From contig CM060733.1 of NCBI GenBank assembly GCA_030704615.1, forward strand, positions 38,812,001 through 38,876,000: DNA of 64,000 nucleotides, given 5' to 3'. The position numbers and the translations under genes were made by a program. This DNA is from Takakia lepidozioides. Its lineage: Eukaryota > Plantae > Bryophyta. Under the pieces are notes generated by a model that did no database searches, had not been told where the DNA came from, and saw nothing but the letters and a program-made list of their open reading frames with translations. Below, one piece after another: positions 1-13,225 of the stretch. Each line of letters opens with the position of its first letter. The first letter of the stretch is position 1.

Positions 1-340
1 TTCAAGCTCATCGTAAATCGTCATTGTAGTTCACCTTACTGAATAGGTCAATATTCAACACAACTCATGTAGATTGAATCCAAGTCTATATATTAGTTAG
101 ATGGTTACATATAGCTCACTGTTAGAGTGTTCTCCATATTCATGCCAGCAATTACTGCATTGGATTCAATTTCTAGAAAATGACTGGAGACGCGGGACAA
201 ATTAATGTCTTTATCTCGAGAAAAACATGCGACAAAATTGACATAGCTTCCATCGACCATCTACACCATTTTCAAAAGGTCGGGACTCAATATTCCATCT
301 GTGCACATCCATTTAAATTAGTCAAAGAGCAATATAATAC

Positions 341-3329
341 CTGAGTGACTGTGCATAGCTTCCAATGATTCACTGCAATGCGATTATCTGAATTACACAC
401 TTTATCATTGGCTATCTCCACAGCTGCTTTGTCCAAAAAGCTGCAAGAAATTGGTGACAAATCAATTGTCGTTCTTTGTATTCTAGCATTTAGTCAACAT
501 CGAACGTACAGTTTAAATTAGTAGAACTCTCATTAATGATAATGGTTTTATGTTCTTAAGATTGAAAATTTATTCACTCGATGGTTTGTTTGGGAATGCC
601 TTACCCAAAAAATTTAGTGTGGCTAAGCTTGCGGCTACCAACAATTGCAGACTCTTTGTCATACACTTCATAAAGGAATTTTGCATCACATGGTAACTCG
701 ACTCTGCGCTTCCTGATTGCCGCAACAATCACTTGGATTACACGAGTCAAAGGACTGCCGCTTGGTAGTTTATGTCTGTAAAAAGGGATACCGAGGTAGA
801 AGATTATGTTGGACAAACCCATAGATAGTGTCAGAATTCCATAAGCTAATCCCCAACTCTTATCGGAAATCCACACCACCAGTGTCAGTGATAAGAATGA
901 ACCAATGGTGATCATGAAGTAGAAAGCATTGAAGAAATGTCCAAGCTGACGCTTCTCTTTGGGATCCTCTGTGTTGAACTGATCAGCCCCGAATGATGAG
1001 ATACATGGTCGGATCCCTCCAGTCCCCAATGCTATAGTATACAATGCTAAATACAAAAAGGACATTTGAGACTTCGTTGCAATGTCACACATGCCAAGGT
1101 ACCGCTTCAAGTCATTACAACCAACATCTGAGGGCCTCATATTTGGCAACGCGGCGGAGATAGTCAAAAGGGTGAGACCCTACAACAATATGAATTAATC
1201 TATGAGCCTTTTCCAAATAAAACTTGCAACATCTTTGTCAGAGCATATAGAACCACATTGTATATTTCAATATTGTCTAAGCAACAATGAAACAGATAAC
1301 ATAATTGAGCTATAAGTCAATGTCGAACACTAGGGTCTACCCTCTCAAACGGCAGGATCGTTTTAGCAAACCAATTAAAAAGAGAATCTACAAAAATAAC
1401 TTTGCATTAATCTTTTAATATTTGTAGATTTCACAAGTTGAGAAATTTCAGGTACATAATCGCAAGATTTTTTTTTCATTTCCTATTTTTTTTAAATGAT
1501 ATTCTTGGCCCCCAACCTTTTTTGTCTCATCTTGAATTCTGATGAAACCTGTACCAATTTGTAGGGCACTGTAGGATGCCAAAATTCGTGTTGCTTTTTG
1601 GTTGGATATAAAAGTCATTTGGGTCCCTCGACCATGAGGTCCGGGATAAAAAAGAAAATTAGAACGTCTAGAGGTAGCTCAAAGAGCTTATGGGACCGAT
1701 GAAACAAAAAAATAGCTAATATGAGTATAAGAAACTTAGTGAGACCCCCAACAACCAATCACCATAACTTTTGTAATTCAACTTTAAGCAATTATCTAAG
1801 GTGGAGAGATGAGATGGGGAAAAGAAAAGAAAAGAAAACCAAATGGTTTTTGTATATTGAGCACACAGAAAAGTTGTAACTTCATAGGTCTTAAGAAGCT
1901 TGGTAAATTAGGATGAGAAAGAGCTCTCGACCATCCATGCTAATTTTGGTGACAAATTCCTCCACTACCTTCTTAAAGAGGTGTGCCCTCTATGAGCTAC
2001 TGAAAGACCACCCTCCACAAGAATTTTGCTAGCTCCAATCCCTCCATTATCATCAATAAGTAGGTTTATTTCTTTGGGGATATTATGGCAGACCTTGGAT
2101 TTGCATCAGCATGATTATCAGCGCAGCTTAATAATTTCTACACAAATCAATATTGAAATCGGGCTTCTCACACCTCATATTGGGATTAGCAAATTTTCCA
2201 AAATCGATTTCCAACATTAATTATTTCATAGGTGGAGAAGGAGAAGGAAAATGAATGCAAAAAGAGTTTTTTTAGTGGTTAAGAATAGACACAAGATAAT
2301 TAAGCAAGTCATGCAGGGACATATCTCTCTGGTGATTGAGAACTTACCAGCAGATAAATCATTGAGAAGATACCAATCGTCCAAAAGCGACCAAGATATG
2401 CATCAGCAAGGAATGCGCCCAACAATGGTGTGAGTGCGGCAGTGCCTATCACATTGGTGATCATAACAGACCCCGTTGGAAATTGAATGTGAAACTTATA
2501 GTATAGGTAGAATACCGTGTTTATTAGGATCCCAAAGTAGGCCATTCTTTCGGCTGTCTCATTACCTGCACAAAGTTTCAATATGCACCAAATGTATTTC
2601 AAAAGCTGACCTCAAATATCCATGTTTATTATGTGTATTTGATACGTCCTTAGTTACATGTTTTCGGTCATAAACCATGTCTTTTACGTACGTCCTACAT
2701 ATAGAAAGAGAAGCAAATGTCTACGTCACTTCATATTCGAGGAGTTGAGAACCAGCCAATAAAGATGACTCGTTTAGTCTATATATACGTCTAGTTGACC
2801 AAAAAAAACCGCATTTGTCAGTTTAATACGTAGAATTTATGCCAACAACAATATTGCTTGAAAGTGGACCGTAATATTACCAAAAATGAAGATAGCAGCT
2901 CGCCAACCACCAGTCTTGGATGTGTCTAGTATAAGTTGACCGCGCAAGTCAACAGGAGAATTTCCTATGACATATTTATCTACAAATTTCAAATCTGATG
3001 GAATATGCATGGAGTTCTTGTAGTCAATTGGTGGCAGATCACCGGGTGATTGATGATTTGTTGGCTTATCTGTTCCGTTTGACGTAAGTGTAACAGAAAA
3101 TGTAGTCCTCTTGCTCACGTTGGCATCAAAATGAGGTGCCAGTGTGGGAAACGAGAGAGATAACGCTCTCTGATCCAAGTAAGAAACATCATTTTCCCCT
3201 ATGTTTGTGATTCCGGACGCTCTCTGTGGGGTTGGGTCTTCATTAATATAGAGCTCCAACAACTCTTTCTTACTTGAATTCGACTGTCAAAACATCCACA
3301 AGATCAGTCAATCGTTTCTCTATCTCCAT
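341..3329 (-). CDS. NPF/NRT1-PTR family nitrate/peptide transporter, 5' portion (continues beyond the window start). Exons approx. 3329(or ~3280)-2881, 2565-2348, 1179-605, 440-341
   Basis: Spliced translation gives TGGWRAAIFIF-GNETAERMAYFG (ExxER motif), FLADAYLGRFWTI, LYTIALGTGGIRPCISSFGADQF, PSGSPLTRVIQVIVAA, FLDKAA and WKLCTVTQ. All junctions are GT-AG with consistent phases. The start codon is uncertain. Confidence 0.95.
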
Positions 3330-3419
3330 GGGCCCTCAATACCCACTTATGGATTTCATAAAGTCTCTTTTTCTCGTGTCCCTTGGACCCTTTGGGCATC
3401 TTCAGGACAAACTTTATCT

Positions 3420-3421
<2 letters not shown>

Positions 3422-3474
<53 letters not shown>
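3422..3474. repeat. (CT)n/(GA)n microsatellite upstream of the NPF gene
   Basis: About 25 CT dinucleotides read directly. Confidence 0.95.
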
Positions 3475-4971
3475 ATTTTTGTTGCCTTGCACGCAGTCTA
3501 AAGTGACAGATCCAAACATGTCATTTCTTTACTAAACATAGTGCTATGAAACTAAAATCAATAACTTAAATGCAATTGAGCGCCGAATTTGCATGCATTT
3601 GTGAGCGCCTTGATGGTGATTGTAGGAAAATAATTTCTTACCTACAATTGAGTTGAAATAACTAAGCCTTGATTGGAGCGAATCCCACAAAAAATCTTAC
3701 ATCAACGGCTAGTTGGTCACTCAAGTAACGCACAATGGATTCTTTCCAACTGCATTAATAAACGAAACATGCTAGCAATTGAGCTGGATTGACATTCCAT
3801 GAGGCAATCTAGATATGTCGACTTTGCAAAACAATGTGAATACACTTGCACAACTCACCATCACATCTAAAAAAATTAATTAACTTCATATACTGTGGGT
3901 GGCCAAAAAGTGACAATCTACAAATTCCTCAACATGACAAAGAATAAGTCACTACCCACCATTGCTCAACTGCTTTCTCAAAGACTACACTTCACGACTC
4001 AAGCGTCCCACAAGTTTTCGCCCTTGTAGTTGAGGATGTGCTCACCATATACTTATGACGCACATAAAAGCAGGAGAGAGAATGTGTGGCAAATGGAGAG
4101 TTGTAGGCCTTACTATTAATGGGAGAAAAAACAAAAAATCAATCAACGACTTGTCTACTTATCCATCATTAATTTTATTTTATTTTTATCTGTTAAAAAC
4201 GTACAAAATAGCCATAAAACACATTGCCGAATCTTTATTCTCGATTAGTCCAATGCGATATGTTGCATACTGACAAATTGGAGAAAGAATAAAATATCAA
4301 AACAAAAATAGACAATTTGCTAAGCAATTTATCTTTGACCTCAAACCCCCAATTCAATCTTAGAGAACGAAAATGAAGTCCACAAAGACAAGGGGCAATA
4401 GCCATCTTAGCTACTTCCATTGTCCATCCCCAAGGGCCCGCCACTATTTTTCATTTTTTAGCACATGTTGTTAGGGAAATGTCGACTTGACATTGACAAC
4501 CTCAACAAATTAGTGCTAATTTTAAAGAATTGGCCGGATGATGTGCGGACGGATTGCAAGGTTGTTGAGCAAGGGATCACACATTTCTTTGTGTCGGCAA
4601 GGGATCACACATTTCTTTGTGTCGGCAGACAATACGATTGATGAATATGAGGACCTCATTGGAATCAGTTCTCTTGTAACAAAGCTCGCTTCACTTTGCG
4701 TACTAAAACCTGCAACATTATTATGTAATGCAAAGCCTGAATTTTGCAGCAGAATATTTAATTTCTTTGTGAAATCAAGTATGCCCCCTGGGTGTCCCAT
4801 TTCTACGCCTCCAGAGTCCATGGTGCGGTTACTGTGAAAGAGGTTATTTTCTACTCTCACTATTAAGGGGCTTGATTAGTGAGCTCTAGCTCCCAAGTGT
4901 AAACCCCTTTATTTATCGGTGGAGTCTACAAGAATCATTATATTTAAGAAGATCTTTTTGTTTCATATGTC

Positions 4972-5180
4972 ACTAGGGTAGTTGTGCCGTTGGCCCAAGT
5001 GTCCAGTGTCATCTAAGTCCAAGTGCAATCCCCTAGGTATCGAAGTGTGTCTCATATGTCGAGCCCCATGTGCGAAGAATTGAAATTGATACACTAAAAT
5101 GAAGTTGGATGTTTGTTTAGTTCTAGATCTCCCACACCACAGGTCCAAAAATTATGAGACTAAGACGGTGCACCCCGAGA
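4972..5180 (-). mobile_element. Short Helitron-like non-autonomous fragment, same family as 50567-53420
   Basis: Plus-strand ACTAGGGTAGTTGTGCCGTTGGCCCAAG reads on minus as a small hairpin followed by CTAG|T. It shares internal blocks (GTCATCTAAGTCCAAGTGCAATCCCC; CCCACACCACAGGTCCAAAAAT) with the 50-53 kb cluster. Confidence 0.6.
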
Positions 5181-5184
5181 CCAG

Positions 5185-5620
5185 TTGACTGCAGCTTTAA
5201 TTTTGGAGTTATGCTCTTTGGAGTGTAAAAATGAGGAAAGATTTATTTTGTTAAGACAACAGAATTTGGGGCCCTTCCCTCCCTGCTTGGATTTGAAATT
5301 GAGAGACATGTAAATATTTGGTCAGAGCTTTCTCCTTTCTAGTAGAATCCTCCGCTTTTCTCCGAGAGAGCTCCTGACAGATTCTTCTAATAACTTGGAA
5401 ATTGTGAAGGAAGATAAGAGTACTGGGGGAGGAGAAGGGAGGATTTGTTGTTTCCCAGGCATCGGACAGGGTCTGGATAGCTTCATTATCCTTTAGGATG
5501 TTGGGGTTAAGTTTGAAGTAACCACTGCTCTTAGCTCTGGATCCAGGTGGTAGCTGGAACATAATTTCAATATTTGTGGCGTGGTCAAAACCTGGGAGAA
5601 TAGGCCCCAGGGAAACCCGT
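5185..5620 (-). mobile_element. L1-type LINE ORF2 fragment (end of endonuclease and linker)
   Basis: PILPGFDHATNI...SGYFKLNPNILKD...AW resembles the (S)DH...FKxN...L...W signature after the APE endonuclease of plant L1 ORF2. Confidence 0.65.
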
Positions 5621-6489
5621 CTGGACCAGTGTTGGACTGGTATATAGGGCCTGGCCGGTTATCAACTAGGGTATCAACCAGGGTATTAAATAACCGACCC
5701 GGCTGGTATTGGCTGTTGTAATGCTAGGTTAATAACCGAAATGTGCGGCATAAGTCCGAGTAACAGAAAAATCTCCCGCAGAATGCGTGCATACGGGCCT
5801 CGAATGGAACTTCACCCATATTATGGTTTCAAAGACAAGGACTATACATATGGTATAGCATCTAGATATGAAGTTGGGGCTGGTGCACAACTCAAGGGTC
5901 AGGTTGCACAATGTTAAATCGCAAAAGTGGAATGAGCACACAAAAAAAGGATGCATGTTGCATGAACACAAAGTTTAGATACATGTGACAATAGTATAGA
6001 CACAATAGTTTAGACACATGTCACATGTCTCCAAGTTTCTTGGGATCATATGACCACCTTGCAGCGCAGACTGTATGCTCTAGTACAGACATCCATACTT
6101 TCCGTTTGTCTTCTTGCCACTCTCTCACCAATATGAGTTCAGAGGTTAGTTCAAACTTAGGGTTCACAAGTTTTCGAGAGTTCTCTGTTTTCTTCCTTGT
6201 TAAGTTCACTTTATGAGGTCTCATTTGCAAATGTGCATTGGTGCACACATCCAGAATCATCGACTAAAAAAGAATGAGGTGGTCATATCCAACCATGCAT
6301 GTTGCACTAGATCACTTTACTTTCAGACTTTGTTTGTTTGTCTGATTGCTTGTTCTTCATTTGGTTCCTTGGTGGAACTGTGCGCTGAACATGTGCGCCA
6401 TTGTGCACCACCCCGAAACGCCAACGCACACATGTTTCGCAGTGTTTTATTATTTTTTTATCCCTAATTTTGACGGGGGCTGAAAAATA

Positions 6490-6910
6490 ATTGTGCGTTA
6501 ATGCATACTTGTTTTGCAATAGCCCAACCGGATTTGTTTTTTAAAATGTAGTTTTGATGGGGTCTGGAAAACAAGTACGTTAATGCACACTTGTTTTGCA
6601 GCAACCCAACGGGAATTGTTTTCTTTTTAAATTATTTTTGACGAGGACTGGAAAACAACTATGCGTTAATACACACTTGCTTTGCAGCAGCCCAACAGGA
6701 AACCAGGATAAATAAATAAATAAATCCTGGTTTTGAGGGGGGGGGGGGGTTGGAAAACAACTATGTGTTAAATGCACACTAGCTTTGCAGCAGCCCAACG
6801 GGGAGGTTTTTTTTCTTTTTGTTTTCTTTTTGTTTTCTTTTCTTTGGTTTTGACAAGGGTTGGAAAATAAGTATGCTTCAACACACACTTATATTGCAGC
6901 AACCCAATAT
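6490..6910. repeat. Five degenerate tandem units of ~85-110 bp
   Basis: Core TGCGTTAATGCACACTTGTTTTGCAGCAACCCAAC recurs at ~6493, 6577, 6662, 6763 and 6872. Confidence 0.85.
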
Positions 6911-7224
6911 CTCTCATTATTTGCTATAGTTTTTTTTTCGTAGTGTGAATTCACAAGGTGAAATTTTCTTGCCAAAAGATTTTGTTTCAAAGTTGCTGGA
7001 TGGAATCCATGGGGTACAACAATTATATAGCATCCATCCATTTTGCCCTAGAACATCGGGACTTGTGGAGGCGGCGGGCGGAAGGCAAGCAGGCTCGAGA
7101 GTCTTCCACGAGCTGGCATGGTTGTCTCTCAGACTCTGAGCATAGAAGTATGACGGCTAGAGTTTAAGATTTCGGCTGTATTAATGGTGGAAGCTCCCGC
7201 CATGATGAACAGTGGTGAGCAGGT

Positions 7225-7460
7225 GAGCGTGTGAGCGGCCAGTTTTTTTTAGGTTCGGACATGAGAATCTAATCAAACCTATATAGGTTTGACGAGATTT
7301 ATAGGTTCGGTACCAATAATATGGCTTCGGGTTTAGGTTCGGAAATAGGCTCGGGCTTGGTTCTCCGGCGAACCACACATTGATAGTATAATATGTGGTT
7401 TGCTGGAGAACTATATCATGCCGAACAGGTAATCCTGATACAAACTCCAAACCTAATAAA
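7225..7460. mobile_element. Possible hAT-type MITE remnant (GGTTCG/GAACC-rich subterminal motifs)
   Basis: Clustered GGTTCGG/GGCTCGG motifs. Similar clusters occur at 45555-45700 and 47155-47290. No TIR pair identified. Confidence 0.35.
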
Positions 7461-10148
7461 ATACAAAAATAAATGCTCATATGTATAAATTAATATGAAC
7501 ATATAAATTTATTGTATCTGAAAATCTTAACTTGTGCTCACATAATATTCACTTTTGATTTTATGCTCACCAAAATTTGGTCTGCTCATCAACTATCAAC
7601 ACCCCCGCCATGGGGAGCTGGCACAGTTTTGGGGTAGTGTGGCCAGATGTTGTGACATGGGGAATGATGACAATACAAAGGGAATGGAGAGACAGCGATG
7701 GGGATTTAAGCCAGGAATAGAGAGTAGATTAGGGCTTTTTGGTTGGTAGAAGATGAAAGGGGAAGTAAGCTGAGATGAAAGAAGAAAGGGAGGGGATGGT
7801 TTCAGGTGCTCAAGTGGATTCCAAAAGAGACTATGTCTGACTCAATTATTCACTTTCTTTGGGGTCAATCTTACTTGGAGTATATTGACACATGGATAAC
7901 TAACTCTCCACTGATCTGCACTCATTCGTTTTTGATGTGTATGATCCATTTCTGAATGTAGGATTTGTGGTTTGGGTCTGGTTTTCTTAGCTCTAGGAAT
8001 TATGTGTCACCTCTGAACTACTCTTTTCACTTTGCATTGCACAATATAGTTAACATCTTAGTAGCATTTCTCTATAATGGTTATGCAGCTCTGAGTCTCC
8101 TTATTATACGACATTGTCTTTCTCTAATGATAAATCCTCCAGTGACATAAGTCACAGAAGCATAATCTAGAGTATTTAGTCCCTACTCATAGTGAGAGAA
8201 AAAAGTTGAGGTTGGGGAGAGACAGTGAGGTCATGAGCATCAGGCCGGATATGCATCCACCTTATGAAGGAATTCAGGAAGGTGATGGAGGATATCTATG
8301 TGGTGCTTGCATGTGATGACTAACCATGGGCACCCTTTTTTCCTAGATGGTTCTTCTAAAAAATGTTCCAGGACGAAGCTGTAGTATGCAATCATGAGTG
8401 AAGACTTTGCATCACGAAATGGTGTCACTAAGAATCATGTCTGTGTTTCCTTCCTACGCTGCAGCATAGGCAAGATCGTGTAAGAACCTCTGATCATGAA
8501 CACTAAGTCATGGGTAGGATTTAGGAGCCCTGTTTGGATTTAGGAGCCTTGTTTTCACACCACACTTTCCCCCAATGGGTCTTGTCTGTTATTCCATATA
8601 CTCGGGAATAGGGTCATACGGTTCAGATACCATCCACGGTTATAGGGTGTTTTTTACTATTCTTGAATCCTCTTCCAGTTCAAGCACCACGACTATTCTT
8701 GTTTTGCTGTAGGCTCACCGCTCGCAAGCTCACGCGAGCCTACTCACCAAATAGCATTCTTGCACGTCATCGGATCCCCATTGTGTCTTTTTTTTTATGT
8801 CACCTACTAGTGCTGTAGTTAAGACAGTGCGGTTAGAATTAGAGAATAACAACTGGTGCAAATAGTGCAGTGAGATAGGATGCAAGCAAAACGTCCACAC
8901 TGAATGAGGAGATTCGGCCACCCCAAATATTATACTCGTTTTACTGTTTCAGTTCAAGCGAGCAAGGAAGGGGCCAGGAAAAACAGCGGTAAGGGGACAA
9001 AAGAAGAGAGTAGTGGAGTCAGGCCACAAGATAGAAACGGTGCTGCACAATCACAGCCATGTAATAAAGTGGAAACGGCTAGGTCTGAGAGGGGGAGAAA
9101 TAGCGGCAACATCACCTTAAATGTCTTGCTCATGGCAGATCCTTTCCAGGGCGAAGCAGGGTGTTTTGAAGACGATGGAATATCACATATAGAGGTCTTA
9201 GAGAGCTTACGTGTTTCCCATAGAATGAATACCCTGTGGCAAGGGTTGAGAGAGCAGACATTGTTTATCACAAAAAGGGGACAATGGGCCGTCAGACTTT
9301 AGGGCGAGGAGCCTATGCGGACAATCTGTTGTGAGACATCAGTGCAATGCTACCGCAAGGGCCTCGATCAGCGCATGAGAAATTAAGAATGTGGAAGGAA
9401 GTGGGGGAAAGCGGTAAGACGGCGAGTGACATCGATTCCAGCTGTCGCGCCAGTTGGACGCCGAAGGGATGGTGGCGGAGGGAAAAATTGGGTGATAAAA
9501 GCTACACTTAGCAGACATCCACATTGGCAATGGGAGGGCTTCGTGAGGGATGTCGTGAGGGGAATCACATCACATCCATGTGTAGATGCATATAATTGTA
9601 CATTTTTCTTTTCAGATCATTTTTTATCTAAAGACAGACAGTTTCGGCATTGTATTGCCAAAGTAGGACAAATTGTTAATTATTGGGAAGTCATTGATAA
9701 AGCACTTCGGAACTTAGACAGAGTCTGAGACGACCATGGAGAGGAACTTTGGCATCAAGATGACCGTAGGAAGCTGCATCGACAACATGATAGGCTGCCA
9801 AATTGATACCAGTGACAGCAAGTTTGACCTAGTCGAACATGCAAGGCGGTTGTTTGAAATACAAGTTGCGATCTTTGATTGAAAGGAAGCCCTCGCAAAG
9901 AGGTGAATGCATTGTGAATCTAGGAGGATTTCAAGTTCATGATTGATAGGGGAAGATCCCATGATGCCAATGGCATGTGGACCATTGGTGCTTGATTTAT
10001 GTGTTTGAAGGATGGAATTATTGTGATTTTGGTGACCAAGTAGAGATTTATTCCAGCTCTGGAAAGTGTGACCAACAGGATGAAAGGACGTTTTCAGGCC
10101 ATTCAAGGGCCATACTAAGATCTATCCCCCCCCCCCCCCCCCCAAGCA

Positions 10149-10517
10149 TGTTGGAAATCAACTCCTGACCAAATTACTACTACCTAGAGTTACTGTGATG
10201 ACAAGTCAGGCTTCCATAATAGGAGTGCTGACAAGTCACAGTTAACAATAGAGATAAGCCTCGGTTAGCTAAAAGATAGTTAAAGTTAGCTTCAGTTATT
10301 AGTGACTCAAGTCATTGTACCAGAATAGCAGGTGGAGATAACTTAAGTAAAAGCATGGAGTTATGCTATAGTTATCTCAGCTATTTTTGGATTAGACTTT
10401 GAGTATAAATAGGGAGAGCTCGGAGGGTGGACACAGCTTGTTGTGGTCCTATGGTTGGGTGGAGAGTTCTCAGTAATCAGTTCATCTTTTATCTCTATTC
10501 TCTGTCGAATTCCAACA
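10149..10517 (+). repeat. Copia 5' LTR
   Basis: TGTTGGAAAT...TTCCAACA; about 10 substitutions versus the 3' LTR by eye; TATAAATA box inside. Confidence 0.97.
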
Positions 10518-10529
10518 TGGTATCAGAGC
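10518..10529 (+). promoter_or_regulatory. Copia primer-binding site (tRNA-iMet)
   Basis: TGGTATCAGAGC directly after the LTR. Confidence 0.95.
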
Positions 10530-10723
10530 TTGGTTCTGTCTGAGAGATAGTTGGAGATGAGTATTTGATTTACAACCAATAAGCTTGAGTGTTTGGGTTT
10601 AAATCTGAAAGCTTGAATGCTTGGAGTTGAGTGCTTGGTGTCAGATCTGAAAGCTTGAGTGCTTGGAGTTAAATCTGAAAGTTTGAGGGTGTTTTATAGT
10701 TGGCAAAACATCAAACTAGCATC

Positions 10724-11617
10724 ATGGCACCTTCTGCTGATCATACTTGAGTGGAGAAGTTAGATGGTCACAATTTTCATACATGGAAGATTAAGATGGA
10801 GTTCATTCTTCATGAGAAAGATCTGTGGGAGATCACATCAGGAGAAGCGGTTGCACCAGTTCAACTACAGCCTGAAGATGGAGAGATCATAGTCGCAGGG
10901 TTGACTCCTGATCAACAACTTTTTGCGAAGAAAGATAAGTTGGCTCGAGGAACCATGTTGTTGAATGCAGCAGATTCAATACTTCATCATGTTGCACATG
11001 CTAAAACTGTTAGATAAGCATGGTTCAATCTATGTGTCAGTTTTGGAAGAAAACATGTTGTCAATCGGCTCTATCTTAACCAAGAGTTGTAAGATGGAGG
11101 AAGGAAGTTAAATTCAAGAAGAAGAAACACAGAGTCTGTTTCTTTTGTGGCATAAGAGGTCATTATGCACGTGAACGCTTCAAGAAAAAACTAGAGGATG
11201 AGAAGAAGGAAAAGTTACAGAGTGAAGTTTCATCGGCAATTATGGCTGACAGAACTAAACTTTTTTGTTGTAGCTTTGTCAATCTCTCCTAGTTGTAGAG
11301 ATTTGTGGTGAATCATTGATTCATGAGCATCTCAACATATGACGTTCCAAAATGAAGCATTCTCAACCTTCAAAGAACTCTTTGTAGGACACAAGGTGTA
11401 TCTTGGAGATAAGAGATCGGAGATCTATGTTCATAGATTGACAAAGAACCTATTGTCAGTTAGTCAGCTAGCTGAGCAAGGTCTTATGGTTAAGGTTTCT
11501 ACCAGTCATTGTTGGTTGAACGAAGGTAGTTCAAGATGCAAGATTGTACAAGCTGTTGGGGCTGTCCAAGCGTTACATGTGGATTGCAATGCTACTCTCA
11601 AGCAGAGTGACCTCGGG
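10724..11617 (+). pseudogene. Copia gag/protease region, degenerate
   Basis: EKLDGHNFHTWKIKMEFILHEKDLW (gag N-terminus), zinc-knuckle remnant and LTKNLLSVSQL, with stops and deletions. Confidence 0.9.
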
Positions 11618-12342
11618 TGTCACGCACCTCACTTCGGTAAGCTCCCCCCTCAAGTCATAGTTACTCGCTTGATGCGCGCGCCTAACTCCCAACCTGGCCG
11701 CCGGGCCAACTTGGAGCTTCGGCTGCTCACCGGGGCATAACGGTCCCCCCTTTGATCTCCCAAAGAACCCTCCAACGATTAGGAACCAGCGGAATTCCCT
11801 TTGGTAGTTGGCAGTCCGGAACAGCTCCCCACTCTTTGGTCGCTTTCCGGCTCGCTCGCTTACTCACTAGTTTTTGGTCACCAACGGGCTTGCACCGTTA
11901 TCGGGGTTACTACTCCCTATATATACTTCTGTATCTGTCCGCGGGGGTTTCACAAACAACCATTCCATTTTATGGCGAACCACCACGAACACCCTCGACT
12001 CCCAGTGATGAGTCGCGGTGAGTCTTGGCCCACCCACCACGGCCCCTATGGACCATGATGAGTCCAAGACTCCCCACGACTCCCACCACGAGGTCTCCGC
12101 CCCAGGGTGAGTCCTATGCCACCCCCACTAAGTCCCGCTAAGCTACCACCACCCCTTGTGGAGCCACCCCCACCGCAACGCGGTGTGTGGGGCTCCACCT
12201 AGTGAGCGCCTCCGCCTCCTTGAGTGCCTTGGGCACTCAAAGGTGCTTCAGCCCCCCATACCTATTGCTGCAACTGCCCCCACCACAGGGCCAGGCCCTC
12301 TTATGTCCCGACCCCCTGCCCTCAAGGCAAAGGGCCGCGACA
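11618..12342 (-). repeat. Outer Gypsy 3' LTR
   Basis: TG...CA termini; polypurine tract GGTAGGGGTGTG on minus at 12343-12354. Confidence 0.93.
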
Positions 12343-12987
12343 CACACCCCTACCAACAGGGAGTCGATGTCTTCATCGGCTTGTCCATTTTGTGGAAACG
12401 AACATCCAAGTTGTGGCGTCCACATCAAGGAGTTTGTTTCTGTACCATGGCGTCCCATGGCAAAGAACCAACCCCACACTTGACTCTACTCTCCACTAGC
12501 TAGTTCGGCCGACTTCCTCCAAGTCCCGGCCAAGTGGAGCCTCTCAGCTCCTCCCAGTGCACTCTTCTTGGCCTACTTCAAGGCCAAGGAACGATCCTCC
12601 CCGAGGATCGAATCGCCTTACTGCAACAACATTGCTTGCGACTGCTCATGATGCCGCTTTTGGCATCACCTTGAGCAAGGGTTCACCTCGAACCCTCTTT
12701 GACTAGGAAGATAACCTTGAACCAACCGCACGCCCCAATCACTACAATTGGGTCCGCCTTGGAATGCTGGCCTGAGGTACGGGAACACGCCGTAGCCGCA
12801 CTACGACTTCGTCCTGAGGCTACACGATTATAGTACGTGAACGAAAGCACGTAGCTTTCGCGGTAGCCCGCACTACCAAGCAACCCCCTCGGTAGCGTAG
12901 TTATAGTATGCGCACGTGCCAGGTGCGCACTAGCACGTGAACTCCTAAGGAAGGCGCAAGTTTCCTTGCCCCTTGGATGGGAGTCAA

Positions 12988-13225
12988 TGCGAGTAACTAT
13001 GACTTGAAGGGGAGCTTACCGAAGTGAGGTGCGCGACACTTGGTATCAGAGCTTAGAGTTCAGTACGTGATCGTCCTTGGGATTGGCCTCATCATGGGGT
13101 CGGGCAAGCCAAAGCGAAAGCGGAACGGCCCAAATATGATGATCCTGGTGAGCCCGATGGGGGCGACGTGTCACCGAGGCGGCCATTTGAGGAAGCGATG
13201 CATGTTTCCGCAAACGAGGCCGTTC
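12988..13225 (+). mobile_element. Inverted copy of the outer-type LTR end + PBS + gag start
   Basis: GGGAGCTTACCGAAGTGAGGTGCGCGACA-CT-TGGTATCAGAGC...ATGGGGTCGGGCAAGCCAAAG is the reverse complement of ~24143-24380. Confidence 0.88.

Noticed and set aside
6490-6910. CRISPR-like repeat/spacer appearance
   Set aside because: The repeats are degenerate, the spacers are related and low-complexity, there are no cas genes, and the context is eukaryotic.
5627-8902. Possible hAT TIR pair CAGTGTTGGAC / GTCCACACTG
   Set aside because: The match is imperfect and there is no 8-bp TSD.
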